This document shows positions 19,903 to 35,840 of a stretch of 64,000 bases of DNA, in pieces (position 1 is the stretch's first letter; each line of letters begins with the position of its first letter). Source of the DNA: Chrysomallon squamiferum (lineage: Eukaryota; Animalia; Mollusca); contig CM022671.1 of the NCBI GenBank assembly GCA_012295275.1, positions 33,728,001 to 33,792,000 of the forward strand, in the 5' to 3' direction. The translations under genes were made by a program, and so were the position numbers. The notes beneath the pieces were generated by a model that did not search any database, was not told where the DNA came from, and saw only the letters and a list, made by a program, of their open reading frames with translations.

Positions 19903-20554
19903 TAGATTTAAACTCTTTTCTTGTGCATTTGTTTGAACGTCTAATTTCTTGCTAATAATACATCTTATGTTTATTCATGTTTTAGTTATATTATTTTAAT
20001 GACTCATGAATACATGAATATAATTAATAATTACCGATTTTCAGATTTCATTCATTGTTGTTGTTAGTAAAAAAAAAAAAATTCCACACATTTTCCAAAG
20101 GAAATCACCACGAGATTTACAATACCAAGCTTACTGATATAACAAAATAAAGTCGAGTTAATTAAGACGTAATTTGTAAAATGATATTATTTTGTATTCG
20201 GTCTTCGATTACCTGAAGACTGGGGATCAAGAGAAAAGATCGATGATGCGATTTAAGACTTTTGAAAATGCTTTGGGCTGTTGTCTGCATGTGTCAATAA
20301 TTGCATGTTAAACTGACCGTGTAATTATTTATCAAACAACCGTCAGTCTGAACAGCTGTGCAGAGTCACAGAGATCGTTAGTCGCAGCGCTCAGGGGTTC
20401 AATATGCAGAGGGAAGTATGGACATAGTGTATCTTCAGTGTTATGAAAGTTTCAAGATCCGGAGAGCGGATAAACATGATATTAATTTCCTCAGTGTTCA
20501 GCAACTTCTAATCAAAACAGAGTAGCGTGATTGTCAGCTTCAAAAGTATCAGAG

Positions 20555-20667
<113 letters not shown>

Positions 20668-20670
20668 CTC

Positions 20671-20703
<33 letters not shown>

Positions 20704-22140
20704 TTCTCTCTCTCTCTGAATATGTTTCTTTTTTCTATTGTTTTTTCTCCCTCTTTCTGACTTTTATGTAAGTATGTATGTGTGTATATATTATGAATGT
20801 ATATATGATAGTATGTATGTATATATGTATGTATTATGAATGTATGAATATACGTATGTCATTTCTAACATTATTTCAATATTAAACAACTGCATCTATA
20901 TCACTTCATCATAGTGAAAATTAATATACATTAAGATGTTGTCAATACAAATATTATTCGCTCATTAATTTATTCATACACTGATATTATCATAAATAGC
21001 GAGCAAATATTTAACCATTGCTATCAGTACATCTCTGTCACAGCTCAACAGAAATCAACCGCCTGTTGGTGCAATCAAGGAAACCATCACGCCAGCATTA
21101 ACAATCACAAAAGCCCGAGATTACAAATATATACAGCCTCGCTGCATTAACAACTGACTGAACATCAATCTTAGCAGTTAATAGACGATGAAGCTCTTGG
21201 ATTGGGAAACAAGTCTGACACGAGGAGAAGAGTTCACGGCCTCCAACTGCAGGACGCGATATGACGTTCGGTAGAGATCTGATTTGTCGCGGCCAAAGGA
21301 AAACGAAAATTTAATAAGAGAGAAACTCGCTGCTGGTGCTTCCGAGGGCGTGAGACCAGCGGGCAGGACCGCGTGATTCCTTTGTCCACATCGTATTGAT
21401 CTGCCAGGTTGAAAGAAGGTGTCAATTTGATGGTTACTTTGTCAGTCTTAACCTCCAACCCGTAACGAGTTAACCTTTTCTTCGACATTCTTGCTTTACA
21501 GGTAACCAGATTTTGTTTTGTCTTGTTTCGTTGTGGATAAAGCTTGGCCGTTGTATACAATACGTCTTCGTTATTTTTGTTAAAAGTAGGTTTCGCTTGT
21601 ACGTTACAAAATCAACAAAACGAAATAATAGAAATGCAAATCGTTCTGCGAATGGTTGTGATCTTGTGAACTTTGACTGATATGACCTGGTAGAATTACA
21701 AAGTTATTGGTCCTTGGTGACACTAGTTAATATTCAGAGAGATGAGGTTAAAGATTTAAATGGATGATTGTGACATCGTATTATTAGCCTAACGGGACAA
21801 ACTGGTTGAGTTTTCACTCTAAGATGCGTAGGTACGTGGATCGCATCTAGATAACCCCTCATTTTCACAACCGCTTACTTCTGAGGCCTAAGTTTTTACT
21901 CTATCATCTTTAACTATGTATCGCGCTAATATTATACTACAGTACAGAAAAGTATTCTGGTTTCTGGAATACGTTCAAGGCAGGCGTACTAAAACTACCA
22001 GCTTGATTTGATTGGTATGAAAATCAATTCATAAACCAGGCATCTCACATCTGGTTCAGAATATGCGAGTTATCAGAAATGAATGAAATCTATTAATTCA
22101 TGCGTTTGTTAGGACATAACGATTTCTGAGTGTGCGTTTG

Positions 22141-22200
<60 letters not shown>

Positions 22201-22672
22201 GTTGTTGTTGTTGTTGTTGTTACTATATTTTGTTAAAATATAATTAACTGAAATAACAAAATTAAAATGATGAATATGTAAAGAAAGGAAGACTCAAAGA
22301 CAGACGGTCAAAAAAGAAAGAAAGAAAAGTGACAGATCAGTAAAAAGAAAGAAAGAAGGGAACTGAGGAAAACAACATACTAGTATAAAGTGTATAATCT
22401 ACCTATCTGAGCAAAACTAGAAATGAATGTGAGCATTCATCAACATCTTACAGCTATGTAAAATTAATTTTATTTCTATAATTACCTGATTAACTGTACT
22501 CAGTGTTTTCCAACATGCCTGCCTTTAAAAACACTACGCAAAGTTTGCAATCCTCTTTATATTTTGCAATTTCAGTGGCAACCAAACTTCATAACCGAAC
22601 AGTGTTCTGTTTGCATAAAAAAATGAATATCATCACTAATTTCTAAACAAACCAACTTTGTAACTCACTAAC

Positions 22673-22736
22673 CTGAAAAATCGCAAAACGTCATAGCCGT
22701 GTCTTGCAAGCGAAACATCCCTAACATAATCTCCAT
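22673..22736 (-). CDS. Candidate alternative first coding exon of the CARD-LRR gene (MEIMLGMFRLQDTAMTFCDFS)
   Basis: ATG at 22736 and donor CAG|gttagt at 22672. Phase 1, matching the 14394 acceptor. CpG-rich upstream segment. Confidence 0.4.
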
Positions 22737-23343
22737 TCCGACGTCTTTGTCAACGACAACCACGACGCGTGATTCTGTGTTATACGAGATTAAAAGGCGA
22801 TACCGCTGTGACTGCCGTGTGTACGTTGCGGATGTTGGTGGGTGTGAGTTTGGTCTAAAACGCCGTTGCGACAAGAGAGTTCGCGGTTTGTATCACGTTA
22901 TGTATGAGAAACGCGGAGTTGAGTAAGTGGATTTCCCGTACGCACGACAAGTCGACGTTAATTACTTCAGACGTACCGTAATTAATTTAATAAACATACT
23001 GAATTAAATCTACGGAACATGCTTGCTCTGTTGATAGCAGTCGGTCAAATCTGTCCACGAGACGAAAACTGCAGGTTTCCTCTCTTGTGTATCATGATCG
23101 CAAAAATATGTTATTAACTTAATAACCGTTAATATTTTCTAGATGTCGAGGTGTCGTTATTCCAGATTTTACGTTTATTCTAAAAGGAAATTTATAACAG
23201 ACTTTACGGTATTTTTAAGAAGCCAGTGTTATTGGAGTCGTAGATTTCCGTACGGTTTAAACAAACAATATTTTTTATTTTTTATTTCTTGTGCGACGAC
23301 AGTTCGTCTAGACGTCTACATAGTACTAAAAAAAAGTACTAGT

Positions 23344-23467
<124 letters not shown>

Positions 23468-24405
23468 CTCGTTCTCTCTCTCGTTCTCTCTGACTCTAAC
23501 AAATATTACAACTACTCCTGCTGCTGCTTCTATTACCAGTGCTATAGATAATGATATAAAACTATTACAATTAGATTAGCATAACATGCCTATCCTCCAG
23601 CGTTTCTCAACAACACGAAGCATTAAAAAGCTTGTCTGGTGCCAAACCACAGGAGTAAAAACAGTAGTCAATGCACATTAACCAAGACTCGAAATTTCCA
23701 TTACACTTTCGTTCTTTTTTAACCCCTCAGAAACACGGAAAAGCAATTAAGACGTAGTTTAGCTTATAATCCATTTAGGAATTTGGAAACTATTTACAAA
23801 TACAGGATCGTGTCTGAAATTCAGATGCAAGGTATTAAAACATTCTTCCAAAACCTGCATGTATAATCAAAAATACTCATTAAAGAACGTATTTCTGCAA
23901 AGACATTTTTATTACTACTATTAATTTAACTTTTATGTTTAAAAAAAAAAAAAAAAAAAAAAAAGAGTGAAAGAAAGACTAAAGAAAGAAAGAAAGAAAG
24001 AAAGACTGAAGAAAAACTAATAATATTCGAAGAATTGGTAAAATGAAAAATGGTGATAAACGTTATAAAAATAACCAACACAAAAAACGATTCGTCTGAA
24101 AGAACCTTAACACAAACACCAATGTAGGCCGCGGTCAAAAGTCCAGCCAATTACAAGCACGTGCCGACCACGAGCAAGACAATAGTCCATTAGACTAATG
24201 GGCTTTTTAAAGTATATCTGTGAATATTGCTTAAGTCTGAACAAACATTCTAGTGTAACCATGAATTCCGAACTTCAACTGCCACAGTTATTTTCCATAG
24301 ATGGTCAGAAATCGAAATGAAGATATCTAATAATTAAAGGTACCAAACGTAATTTTTGTAGATTTCAGAATTTGTTCAAATCCTTTCTGCAATTATATTT
24401 TCACA

Positions 24406-24469
<64 letters not shown>

Positions 24470-25714
24470 TGTAGAAAATCGTGATAGTTATACAGTTTCA
24501 AAGAACAGATAAATGAAAGTTTGTCAAAGTAAACAAGTAAATAAATGAACATTGTCTGACCGATGGTAAACTATAAATTACTAAACCATGACGTTAGTCG
24601 ACGTATGTAACTTAGACTGATTCTCACACTGGTTAATACATCTTTGAAACACACTTATCAAGTAATGTAAGATAATATTTTCAATTCACATGTGTACAGA
24701 GAAAAAAATGAAATTAATTAAAAACAACAAACAACAACAACCAAAAAATCAATAAACGAACCTTCCAGTTATGTTATAATGTTACACGACATTACGTAAA
24801 CAGCGGATTTTGAAATCAACAAATAAATAAATAAATAAATATTGGATATTTTTATTTTACATCTTTTAATTTGAAAATAAAAAAAAACAAGAAAATTACG
24901 TCTCTGCTCCTTTAACAGACCCAGATAATTATGACGAAGAAGTAACATGATTCCATGATCTTGTTTTACGTCGATGGAACCGTTTTTATTAAATGTGTCA
25001 GCGTGATGAAGGATATTAAATAAGGTGTCATGTTTGTGACGCGAGCTAATTTTGCAATATAGCAGATTTAACAAGAACTGTTTTTTTTTTTTTTTTTTTT
25101 TTTTTTTTTGGTGACCGTGCATAATTCTGTAATTAGATTCCGAGATACGTGAGCTGCTGCACTAAGACAACTGTGTAGTTGTCGAGTGTTCCACTGAGCA
25201 CAAACACGTTGTAAAACTAATCCAAGTCTGTGTGCAAATCGAGCTAATTCCCGATATGGCCAGTGCTCCTAATTGGTATAACAGGCCGGTGCTTATTTAT
25301 TTTTTTTTTTTTTTTTTTTTTTTTTAATGATTTTTATATTATATTTATTATTCTATTTTTACTTATTTTATTCTATTTATCCATCTGTGTGCCTGCCTTC
25401 CTGTCTGTCTGTATTTTATTTATTTATCTATTATTTCGTTGTAATTTTTGTTTATTTTACCTTTTTCCTTTTTCTTAAAGTTAAAAAGTTGGAAATTATG
25501 AGTAACAAAAGAATAAAATTAAAAGTAAAGGAAATGAGAAATAATGAACAAAGGGAATGAATGGAAATATAAATGAATAGACAGATAAATAAATAAAAGA
25601 AGAAAGAGAGAATTTAGAAAGTAATAATAAAATAAAATAAATGCTAATGATACAAAGTTGGAGGAACTAAATAATAAATATTTGAAAATCAAAGACATAT
25701 TCTTCAGATGAGTA

Positions 25715-25715
<1 letters not shown>

Positions 25716-25745
<30 letters not shown>

Positions 25746-25918
25746 CATACACACACATACATACATACACACACATACATACATACACACACATACTTAC
25801 ATACATACATACATATACATATATACATACATACATACATACATACATATACATACACACATACATACATACATACATACATATACATACATACACACAT
25901 ACATACATACATACATAT

Positions 25919-25949
<31 letters not shown>

Positions 25950-26095
25950 CATACATATATACATACATATATACATACATATATACATACATACATACAT
26001 ACATACATACACATACATACATACATACATACATACATACATACATACATACATACACATACATACATACATACATACATACATACATACATACA

Positions 26096-26129
<34 letters not shown>

Positions 26130-26455
26130 CATACATACATACATACATACATACATACATACATACATACACACACACACATACATACATACATACATAC
26201 ATACATACATACACACATACATACATACATACATACATACATACATACATACATACACATACATACATATACATACATACATACATACATACATATACAT
26301 ACATACATACATACATACATACATACATACATACATACATACATACATCCATCATCCCACCTACATACATACATACATACATACACACACACATACATAC
26401 ATACACACACACACATACATACATACATACATACATACATACATACACACATACT
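25716..26455. repeat. Long (TACA)n tetranucleotide array. Others at about 29060-29120, 37150-37437, 46855-46990 and 50085-50190
   Basis: Read directly. Source of the YIHT/MYVC ORFs. Confidence 0.97.
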
Positions 26456-27925
26456 TACAAATCCATCTTCCCACCTACCTGCCTGCTTGCTTCCTACATA
26501 TACATACATATCCACTTAGAAAACAAATTCACTTACACAAGTCATATATAACAGTTAAAAGATAATTAATGTGTTAAGGAGTCAAGCAAATATTAATCTA
26601 CTTTCCTGTGACAATTACCAGCAATTATTTACTAATTTATGAGCTGAAACGTCCTTGGAGAATACTCAAACGAGATCATAATCTAAAAACAGGTTCAAGC
26701 ATTCGTCGTAAATCTTAATTATTGATTGTATGGTAGAAATAACTGGCTTGTTCGGTACGAAAATAAAAATTACGCTTGGACTTTATAAATCATGACGTCG
26801 AAACTGACAGGCGGCGACTTTTCTGTTAACAACAGTGAGATACACCACAGCAAGTCAGCTAACCAGCCTGAAACTTGATCATACAACAGTTACAGTAGAG
26901 CAAGAATGTAAACCAAAGACTAAATTTTGTTCATGTTGTAGTTTAAAAGCATCAAGGAATAGGCTAAGTGTAAGGAGTGTATTTTAAACCATACTAAATA
27001 AGAAAAATAGTAAACTTTTCATTGTAAACCACTGAAACATGCATAAAACGGTGAAATGGCAATAACGCGAAATAGATAAAACAACCAAACCAATCAAATT
27101 GTCTTTTGAAACATTAAGTTGTAGATGGAACAGTTCCATAATATATTTCACAGAAGCGTATAACATATACAAAACGACACTACAGTTTATTTGAAAACAT
27201 TATACAATAAATAAAAAAGAATAAGCTCAGACCAAATTGCTCATATTTTAACGAAACAACACATGTAAAACAATTCAAACAGAACAGGATTAATTTCAAA
27301 CAACCATAACAGAAATTAAAATTGAATTAGTAAACATGATGTTGCAGAACACCATTGTAATAACACAGACTAAAACGTATTAATATTTTAAAACACTGAT
27401 GGGACATACGGAAAACCGAACGAATGATGAACACTGATATCGTGTTATTCGTATAACTCATTTCAAGGCATCAAGAGGAAACAATTATGTACCAGACGTC
27501 ACCGTAAAGTGCCACCGAATCTTTTATAAAACACAGACATAAATTTAATTAAAAGCAGAAATCACGAAACCAACAGGCTGCACGAACGTGACGCAGATAA
27601 TGCTGCTGCTGCTGCTGAGAATGACGGAACGATTCAGTTAACAGCTTCCCACGAGACGAAAAGAAAACCAGAAACCGAAAACCTCGCCATCGATCCTGGC
27701 AAGTGAATCAGTTTGATTAGTTACTACAGAGTTTCTAACCTTCTTCTTATTGTTCCTTTAGTTCAGTTTGAGAATTTCTTTAGAGTACAATAAAAGGGTG
27801 GAAAGAAGAGGAGGGGCTGCAATGCATAAAAGAGAGATAATAATTATTAGAGACGGTAATACAAAAAAGGAAAGAGAAAGAACGAAACAGAGAAATGATA
27901 TCTAGATTGAGACTCTGGATGTGCG

Positions 27926-27929
<4 letters not shown>

Positions 27930-27959
<30 letters not shown>

Positions 27960-27971
27960 GGATACAGAGTC

Positions 27972-28002
<31 letters not shown>

Positions 28003-28049
28003 CAGAGACAGAGAGAGAGAGAGAGAGACAGAGAGACAGATACAGAGAC

Positions 28050-28082
<33 letters not shown>

Positions 28083-28197
28083 CAGATACAGAGACAGAGA
28101 GACAGAGAGAGACAGACACAGAGACAGATACAGAGACAGAGAGAGACAGATACAGAGACAGAGACAGAGACAGAGACAGAGACAGAGAGACATATAC

Positions 28198-28244
<47 letters not shown>

Positions 28245-28306
28245 CAGATACAGAGACAGAGAGACAGAGGCAGAGAGAAACAGAAAGACTCATTCAGAGA
28301 GAGAGA
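27930..28306. repeat. Compound (GA)n/(GAGACA)n repeat, with a similar array at 31011-31330
   Basis: Read directly. Confidence 0.95.
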
Positions 28307-29137
28307 AATGCTAGATAACTAACTAAATTCAGACTATTAGTAATGATGATCAAATAATGATATGGTCATGCTAAATATTAGTATATCTCAAATAGATAAG
28401 GCTTAAAAAAAGAGAAAGCCTAGACGGATATATATATATATATATATTGGGCAGAAACTCACACACAAAGACAGAAGGACAGAGAAACAAAAATGGCTGC
28501 GCAGATAAAAAAAAAAAAATACTTGAATATCTAATAATTATTTGTATTAATTTCACGAGAGGTAATCATTCAAAACGCTTGTAATTTTTTAATTTTTAAA
28601 AATGTTGTTTTACGGAGAACTCTTCAGTTAAATCGATAGCCAATGAAAAGATATTTTACAACATCAGTTAATGACAATATGGAACCTGACAAAATTAAAT
28701 CTTCCGTGCAGATCTGGTTTCACTGAGTCACACAAAGATAGCTTCTTCCTTTCGTTCTAGGAACGTGTATCCATTATTGATCAGATGATTATTACGAGAC
28801 CAGAGTATAAAGTAAATCCACGCTTCACTACGTTTTATTTCATTGATCGTTTGTTGTAGGAACAGTTGTGACGACCCGCAGACGTCGTTGATGTTACGTA
28901 ACAGCAGCTGATGTAATCAATACAGTTTTAGCGAGGCACGTCGCCCGTTATGAGACAAGATATAAATTTAGAAACACTCATTTTTCACTCGCTTAGATCT
29001 TGTACGTACATATGTCTGCTTGTAGGTATGCATATGTATGATGTATGTGTGCATGTGTGTGTATGTATGTATGTATGTATGTATGTATGTATGTATGTAT
29101 GTATGTATGTATGTATGTATGTTTGTCTGTTTCTTTG

Positions 29138-29171
<34 letters not shown>

Positions 29172-29900
29172 ACTAACTATATACGTGAGTATGGGAGTAT
29201 GTTTGAATTGAAAATGTGGTGGCTTAGAAAACTTTTTGAGAAAAAGTGAAGGAGAGAAATACAGCGAGGAAAAAACCCAAATAAAAATATTATTATTAAT
29301 ATAATATATTAAAGAAAAACATAAAATTAATAAAATGCATAATACAAAATAAAATATGATTATTTAAAAAAGAACGAGAAAGAAAAAAAAAAAAATATAT
29401 ATCATAAACAAAAGCTTTCCGACATAAATAAATATTAATGATAAACTTCACAAACCTTTTAAACAAAGGAGGAAAGTCACCTCTGAAAGTGCTGATGAAA
29501 ATGACTAATAATGAAAATAATAAAATACTCGTAAGTTATAGATAAATTGTAAATAATCTATGTTATTTCCTCTCGTGCCAAGTTCAAGTACTTTCTTATA
29601 ATTATTTGTCTGTGTAAGAACGCCGTGACCTTTAACATGTACACACATTGCTGCGTTACGCACTTTCCGAACTCGCCCAGCGTAATCACCTTTTCCTGTA
29701 CGTACGTCAGATACGTTACATCAGCGTATTGCGCGTAACACGGAAAAGTCAACGAGCGAATTTCTGCTGTTAGTAATGTGTAGTAACTACTTCCACTGCA
29801 GCTCCCGTTACTGCTGCTGCTACTGTTACAACGACATTACTACAACGATTAATGTTGGTACTGCAGCTGCTTCTGTTGATTATTATTATTACAGTATTAT

Positions 29901-29960
<60 letters not shown>

Positions 29961-30399
29961 AACTACCACTACTGCTGCTATTATTTACTACTACTGTTGT
30001 TGTTATTGTTACACTGCTGTTGATTTTGTTATTTATTTTTGTTGTTTACACTGTGAATGTTGTTTTCTTGTTTAATGACGCTTGTTATTTTCTCATTTCT
30101 CTCAAGGCAGAAGTCAGTACGGGTAGACTATTCAATCATCAAAATTTATAAAATTAAATATGACAAAAGTTTAGTTAAGAGTATTATAGTGGTTGTTGTT
30201 GTAGTAGTGGCAGTAGCAATAGTAATTGTAGTGGTAATAGTAGTAGTTGAAGAGGTACTATCAGTAGTAGCAAAGTAGTAGTAATAGCTGTAGTAACTGT
30301 AGCAAGGGGTAACAGTAGTAGCAATAGTAAACAGTTGTAAGTAGCAGTAGCAGAAGTAGTAGAAGTAGGAATACTATTAGTAGCAGTAGTTGTATACTT

Positions 30400-30478
30400 T
30401 TCCAAGTGGATCCCAGTAAAAGATTCGATCCCAGGACCTTCAAGTGGTTAACATTCATGGCTTAAACACTAACCATTT
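30400..30478 (-). mobile_element. Degenerate tRNA-derived SINE head
   Basis: Minus strand reads tggttagtgtttaagcc...gaaggtcctgggatcgaatc, resembling decayed Pol III A and B boxes. Confidence 0.35.
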
Positions 30479-31006
30479 TGATTATATTTTTATATGCGTC
30501 TAACATATTCGTTGTAATAATCCGGCAGGTGTTACAGGAAAATATAATAATCCTTAGACATTAGACTGTTTCTGCATGTGTTATATTTTATGGTTCGTTA
30601 ATTAGTTGTAAAAACATATGTAACAGGCCAAAAAAAATAATAATAATAATAATAATCTACGTAGATTAGGCTACGAATCCATGTTTGAAATTCTCTGTGT
30701 ATTAATTATTATGAGCAGCCAGTGCAAGCCGAGTTAGCTGGAAACAGTGTAAGTATCTCACTACAAAGTTAACGAAGAAAAGGCTCAGCTGGGGTGTTTG
30801 CTAGGGATGGAAGATGGAAACGATGCGTTAGGGAAATCAGAGTGTGTCGGTTCATTGCGTAAAAGTGGTGGACAGATGTTTTAAATGTCTGAGTTGGAGA
30901 AAGATGAACTGCATGATGCAAACTAAGAGAGAATGAAAGACAAACACGCAGTGAAAAGTTGGACAGGAATCAGATAGATAGTCTGAGAAGAGTTATACAG
31001 GTAGTG

Positions 31007-31113
<107 letters not shown>

Positions 31114-31229
31114 GACAGAGAAAGAGTGACAGAGACAGTCATTGAGAGAGAGAGAGAAGAGAGAGAGACAGACAGACAGTCGGAGACAGAGAGACAGACA
31201 GACAGAGGAAGACAGAGAGAGACAGAGTC

Positions 31230-31333
<104 letters not shown>

Positions 31334-32937
31334 ACAGCACAGTGTAACACAAACACATGCAGCGAGAGAGAAATGAGTGAATGAATACAGTGACCTTGTT
31401 AGGTTGATGACTGACAGGACACTACATTGTAAATAACCAGGAAACTGTGCTAGATAATTAGTCAGATTAACATTTGTTTACAAACTCTCACTTATAATGT
31501 TTACTGTCAAACTACCAAAGCCTTAGAGCCTTTTAAAACTCCTTTCTTGAATTAGAACAACAAACAAACAAATAAATAAATAAATAAATAAAATATTTTA
31601 ATAACTTAAAGGCAAACATGTAAATATCTCTCAAACACAAACATGCACACAGACATACGCAGAAAAGCATAGTTATAAGAAATAATAGTGTATATGGCCG
31701 CATTTTACATAGATCTATCTATTTGCTTGTGAACAGCAACAACAAAACAAAATAAACAAAGCAAATATACAGCATCGGAATAATAATAAATATGAATTTG
31801 GGATGATGATGATGATAAATCTTGATTTCTCAGAAAGCTTTACAAACTTCCATGATTATTTTCTTTACGTTTCAGTTATGAGTCATACAGAATCATAGGA
31901 CTCTTTTTTATTCTGTCAGTTTTATTCATATATGTTCCAAGTTAAAATAAGACAAACTTTTGTACTTTAGAAAAGCTATTAACGTCAGACAGCAAAAGAT
32001 AAGAAAAAGAAAATGACTGCTAAAACTATAAATTATAAAATTATAATATTAAAACTAAGAAACTCAACACTGCCAAAAACAGTGACTCATCAAGCAGAGA
32101 TCGGAAATCCATCATATTTTCACAAAAAGAAAACAAAAAGAGAATTTAAAAATAAAGGAAAAGAAAAGAAAGAAAAGAAATACAATTTTAGAAGAAGAAA
32201 AAAAAAAAAAAAAAGAAGAAAAAAAAAGATAAACGACTGACTACAAACAAAAGGTAAAAACGTTACCCCGTAAAATCTTGATAAGAATTTATGAATGTGC
32301 CCAGCGATGTGGAATTATCCCCGATAGAAAATGCTTGGTCGAGAATGTCCCATCTTGACTTGAAACGAAAACATCGTCTTAACGGTCCGGTTTTTTTTAA
32401 CTGCATCACCTAGGAGAAGGGAAGCGTCTAAAAAGAGGAGCGATAGAAGAGCACGGGTTGTTTCTTTGTTACTAAAAATAAACACGACTTCAATCACGTA
32501 ACGCTGTGACATTTAGAGCCGTTTTGAGAAGGTGAAATGTCAATCACTGTAACGTAACACAGGCGTTAGAACAGACAGCTGTGGCAGAGCTTGAGTGCAG
32601 ACAGGGGCGTGGTGTCAGGGGTGGGTCGGCTTCACACCCTCTTGTCATTTATAATTTTTTAATCACATGCGTATTAAATTAAATTTGGATATCTCTTCTA
32701 TCTGAAGTATTCGATGAAAGGAGAATAGAAAGAAAAAAAAAAAAGAAAGGATTCTGCAGTCGTTTGGGAAAATGTCACGACCCTACCCTTGTTGTGTTGT
32801 TTGGATTTGCCCTGATTTCCATCTTAAATAAATCAAGCTGTTATGAAGTTCTTATGATGTATGAAAATAGATACATCTGAAAACTGTGGCCTTTAATACT
32901 GACAGAGGCAGCTGAGAGCATCCAAGCGTAACTGAAT

Positions 32938-33244
<307 letters not shown>

Positions 33245-34467
33245 AAAAAATACATTCCACGCAGTTTTTACTAGAATATTAACGCTCTTTACGAAGATTT
33301 CAGTGAAGATGAAAGTTGGTTAATAATTTATTTCAATGCGGTAATTTATTTATATAAAGTCATCAAATCGTTATAAAGTACTCGAGCTGCCCGAAGCGGA
33401 TATCTAATGTTGGAGAAGAAATGTAAAAAATCTTGTGAAATATTTGTTATCGGATTATCACAGTTAAACCAGTTCTGTACTAAACATAGCTGAGTCTGGA
33501 TCAACAGACGTGAGCACTTCTACTCTTAAAACAAAGATGGGGAACAAAACTCAATGAATTTTGAACCAAATAGACTCCACAGTTGTCCAAGGTCACTATT
33601 TGTTGTTGTTGTTTTTTTCTTGTAAAGAGGGAAATGCCTTTCTACATTCAAACAAGCCCCGCACGCCTATTCACCAACATCGTCGAAGGCTTATGTGGAT
33701 TTTTCTCTCCTTAAAATAATTATACGAGTAAAACAATCTTCCATTAAAACTAAGTATTTCTACCATCACATCCTGACTGTTCTAACTCCAGTCCTTTTTT
33801 TTTTTTTTTTTTTTTTTACCTGTCTTTTTTGTTTCTTGTTTTCTTTTCTTTTCTTGTTTCTTTTAAATTTTTATTTATTTATTTATTAATTTATTAATTT
33901 ATTAATTTATTAATTTATTAATTTATTATTATTATTATTATTATTATTATCATCATCATCATCATCAATATTATTATTATTTTGGTTTGTTTTTTATTTA
34001 TTTATTTTGTTGTTATTTTTTGTATTTTTAAACAGGAAGGAGGAACACAGTTTTACATCCGAATGAACTCAGCTTAAACCTCGACAGCAGGCCACGTTCC
34101 TCTGTGAAGACAGTCACGTGTCCACTCTCCAGTACGTGTTAATATTGACACAGTCAACTGACAAGCACACGAAATCAGGCACTGTGTTCAGCCGCTATCT
34201 ACAGAGGTCTTTAGCTTTAGTTTTAAATAAACACAACGTTTCTAAGACGTGGGAGATTTACACAGGTCTTACTGAACCTCTGGTTAAGCTTTGGATTCGA
34301 GGCTGGTAGGTCTTGGGTTCACTTGTCGGTACCTCGCGTCGTGTAACAGTTTTAAATATACTAATCTGATAGTTTACTGGATAGAGAGAGCTATGTGTCT
34401 CAGATAGAAAGGCTTTGCAATTGTTTGCTGTGAAAAATAAATTACACTTATGCCAACCCGAATTATG

Positions 34468-34566
<99 letters not shown>

Positions 34567-34893
34567 CATATATACCTATCTACATATATAGAAACATAGC
34601 TTTATACATACACAGAAACAAACATATGAACATAAATTATTCACATATATACTATGTACGCGCATAGATACACACGTATAGATAAACACAGGTACATTAC
34701 ACAAAAACATATATATTAATATGCATGCAAATATACATATGTAGACACGATACACATATATAAAGATAAAAATGCCTCGCGTTATTACAGCACATAACAG
34801 AGGATAAAATAAAGATAGTTATTTCTGGTTAATATTTCGCAGCGGTTGCAAATTATATATATATGAGTGTTTGTGTGTGTATCTCTGTCTGTT

Positions 34894-34954
<61 letters not shown>

Positions 34955-35180
34955 ATGTATGTATGTATGTGTATTTGTATGTATAATTATGTAAACTAGT
35001 GGCTGGAAGAGGAATTATATTTAAAAAATAATAATTTTAAAACGAGTAATAATAAAAAATAACTGAATAAAAAGAAAGAAAGAAAGAAAGAATGGATAAG
35101 ACATAAAACAAGTTTTGATTCTCGATGATTACACGAAAAAGATGCTGTCACGAAAACAGGACGTTCGCGTTATACATTTT

Positions 35181-35465
35181 ACTGTGTGAAGATATCGGAT
35201 TCTCTCTCTGCAGTCGTGTTATTCATTTCACTGTGTGAAGATATCGGCTATCTCTCTGTAGTCGTGTTATTCATTTCACTGTGTGAAGATATCTGATTCT
35301 CTCTCTGCAGTCGTGTTATTCATTTCACTGTGTGAAGATATCGGCTATCTCTCTGTAGTCGTGTTATTCATTTCACTGTGTGAAGATATCGGCTATCTCT
35401 CTGTAGTCGTGTTATTCATTTCACTGTGTGAAGATATCTGATTCTCTCTCTGCAGTCGCGTTATT
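35181..35465. repeat. 48/49-bp minisatellite, about 6 units
   Basis: Unit actgtgtgaagatatc(gg/tg)(att/cta)ctctct...g(c/t)agtcgtgttattcatttc, starting at 35181, 35230, 35278, 35327, 35375 and 35423. Confidence 0.95.
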
Positions 35466-35773
35466 CCGCCAAACGAAGCGCCAACATAACTCGCTGAATG
35501 GGACGCAGTTTTAAGCCAATGCAGGAATTGGAAAATATGAAATACCATTAAATTTGACGATTTGACTTTTAATACAATAGTCTGACCATCAGTATTTGTG
35601 CGGATGAATGTGCGTGTATGTGTGTGTTTGCATATTTCTTTATATCTGTGATTTGTCAGTGAGAATGTTTTCGTATTTGTGATTGTTGAATGAATTTTAC
35701 TCTGAGTCAAGAAACAGGAGCGTTATTATGAGAATTATCTGATGAACTTGTCATTGTAACAATGGTAACAATG

Positions 35774-35840
<67 letters not shown>

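Noticed and set aside
21228-21250. cctccaactgc resembles the 3' end of miR-1175 as I recall it
   Set aside because: The seed region does not match and there is no hairpin partner.
25519-26565. Long ORFs of 183-309 aa, and similar poly-SL/RE/YIHT/VVV ORFs across the window
   Set aside because: Translations of microsatellites.
32263-32360. Another possible minus-strand first exon (donor gtaacg)
   Set aside because: The phase-1 frame contains a TAA, and the ATG-led frame stops before the donor.
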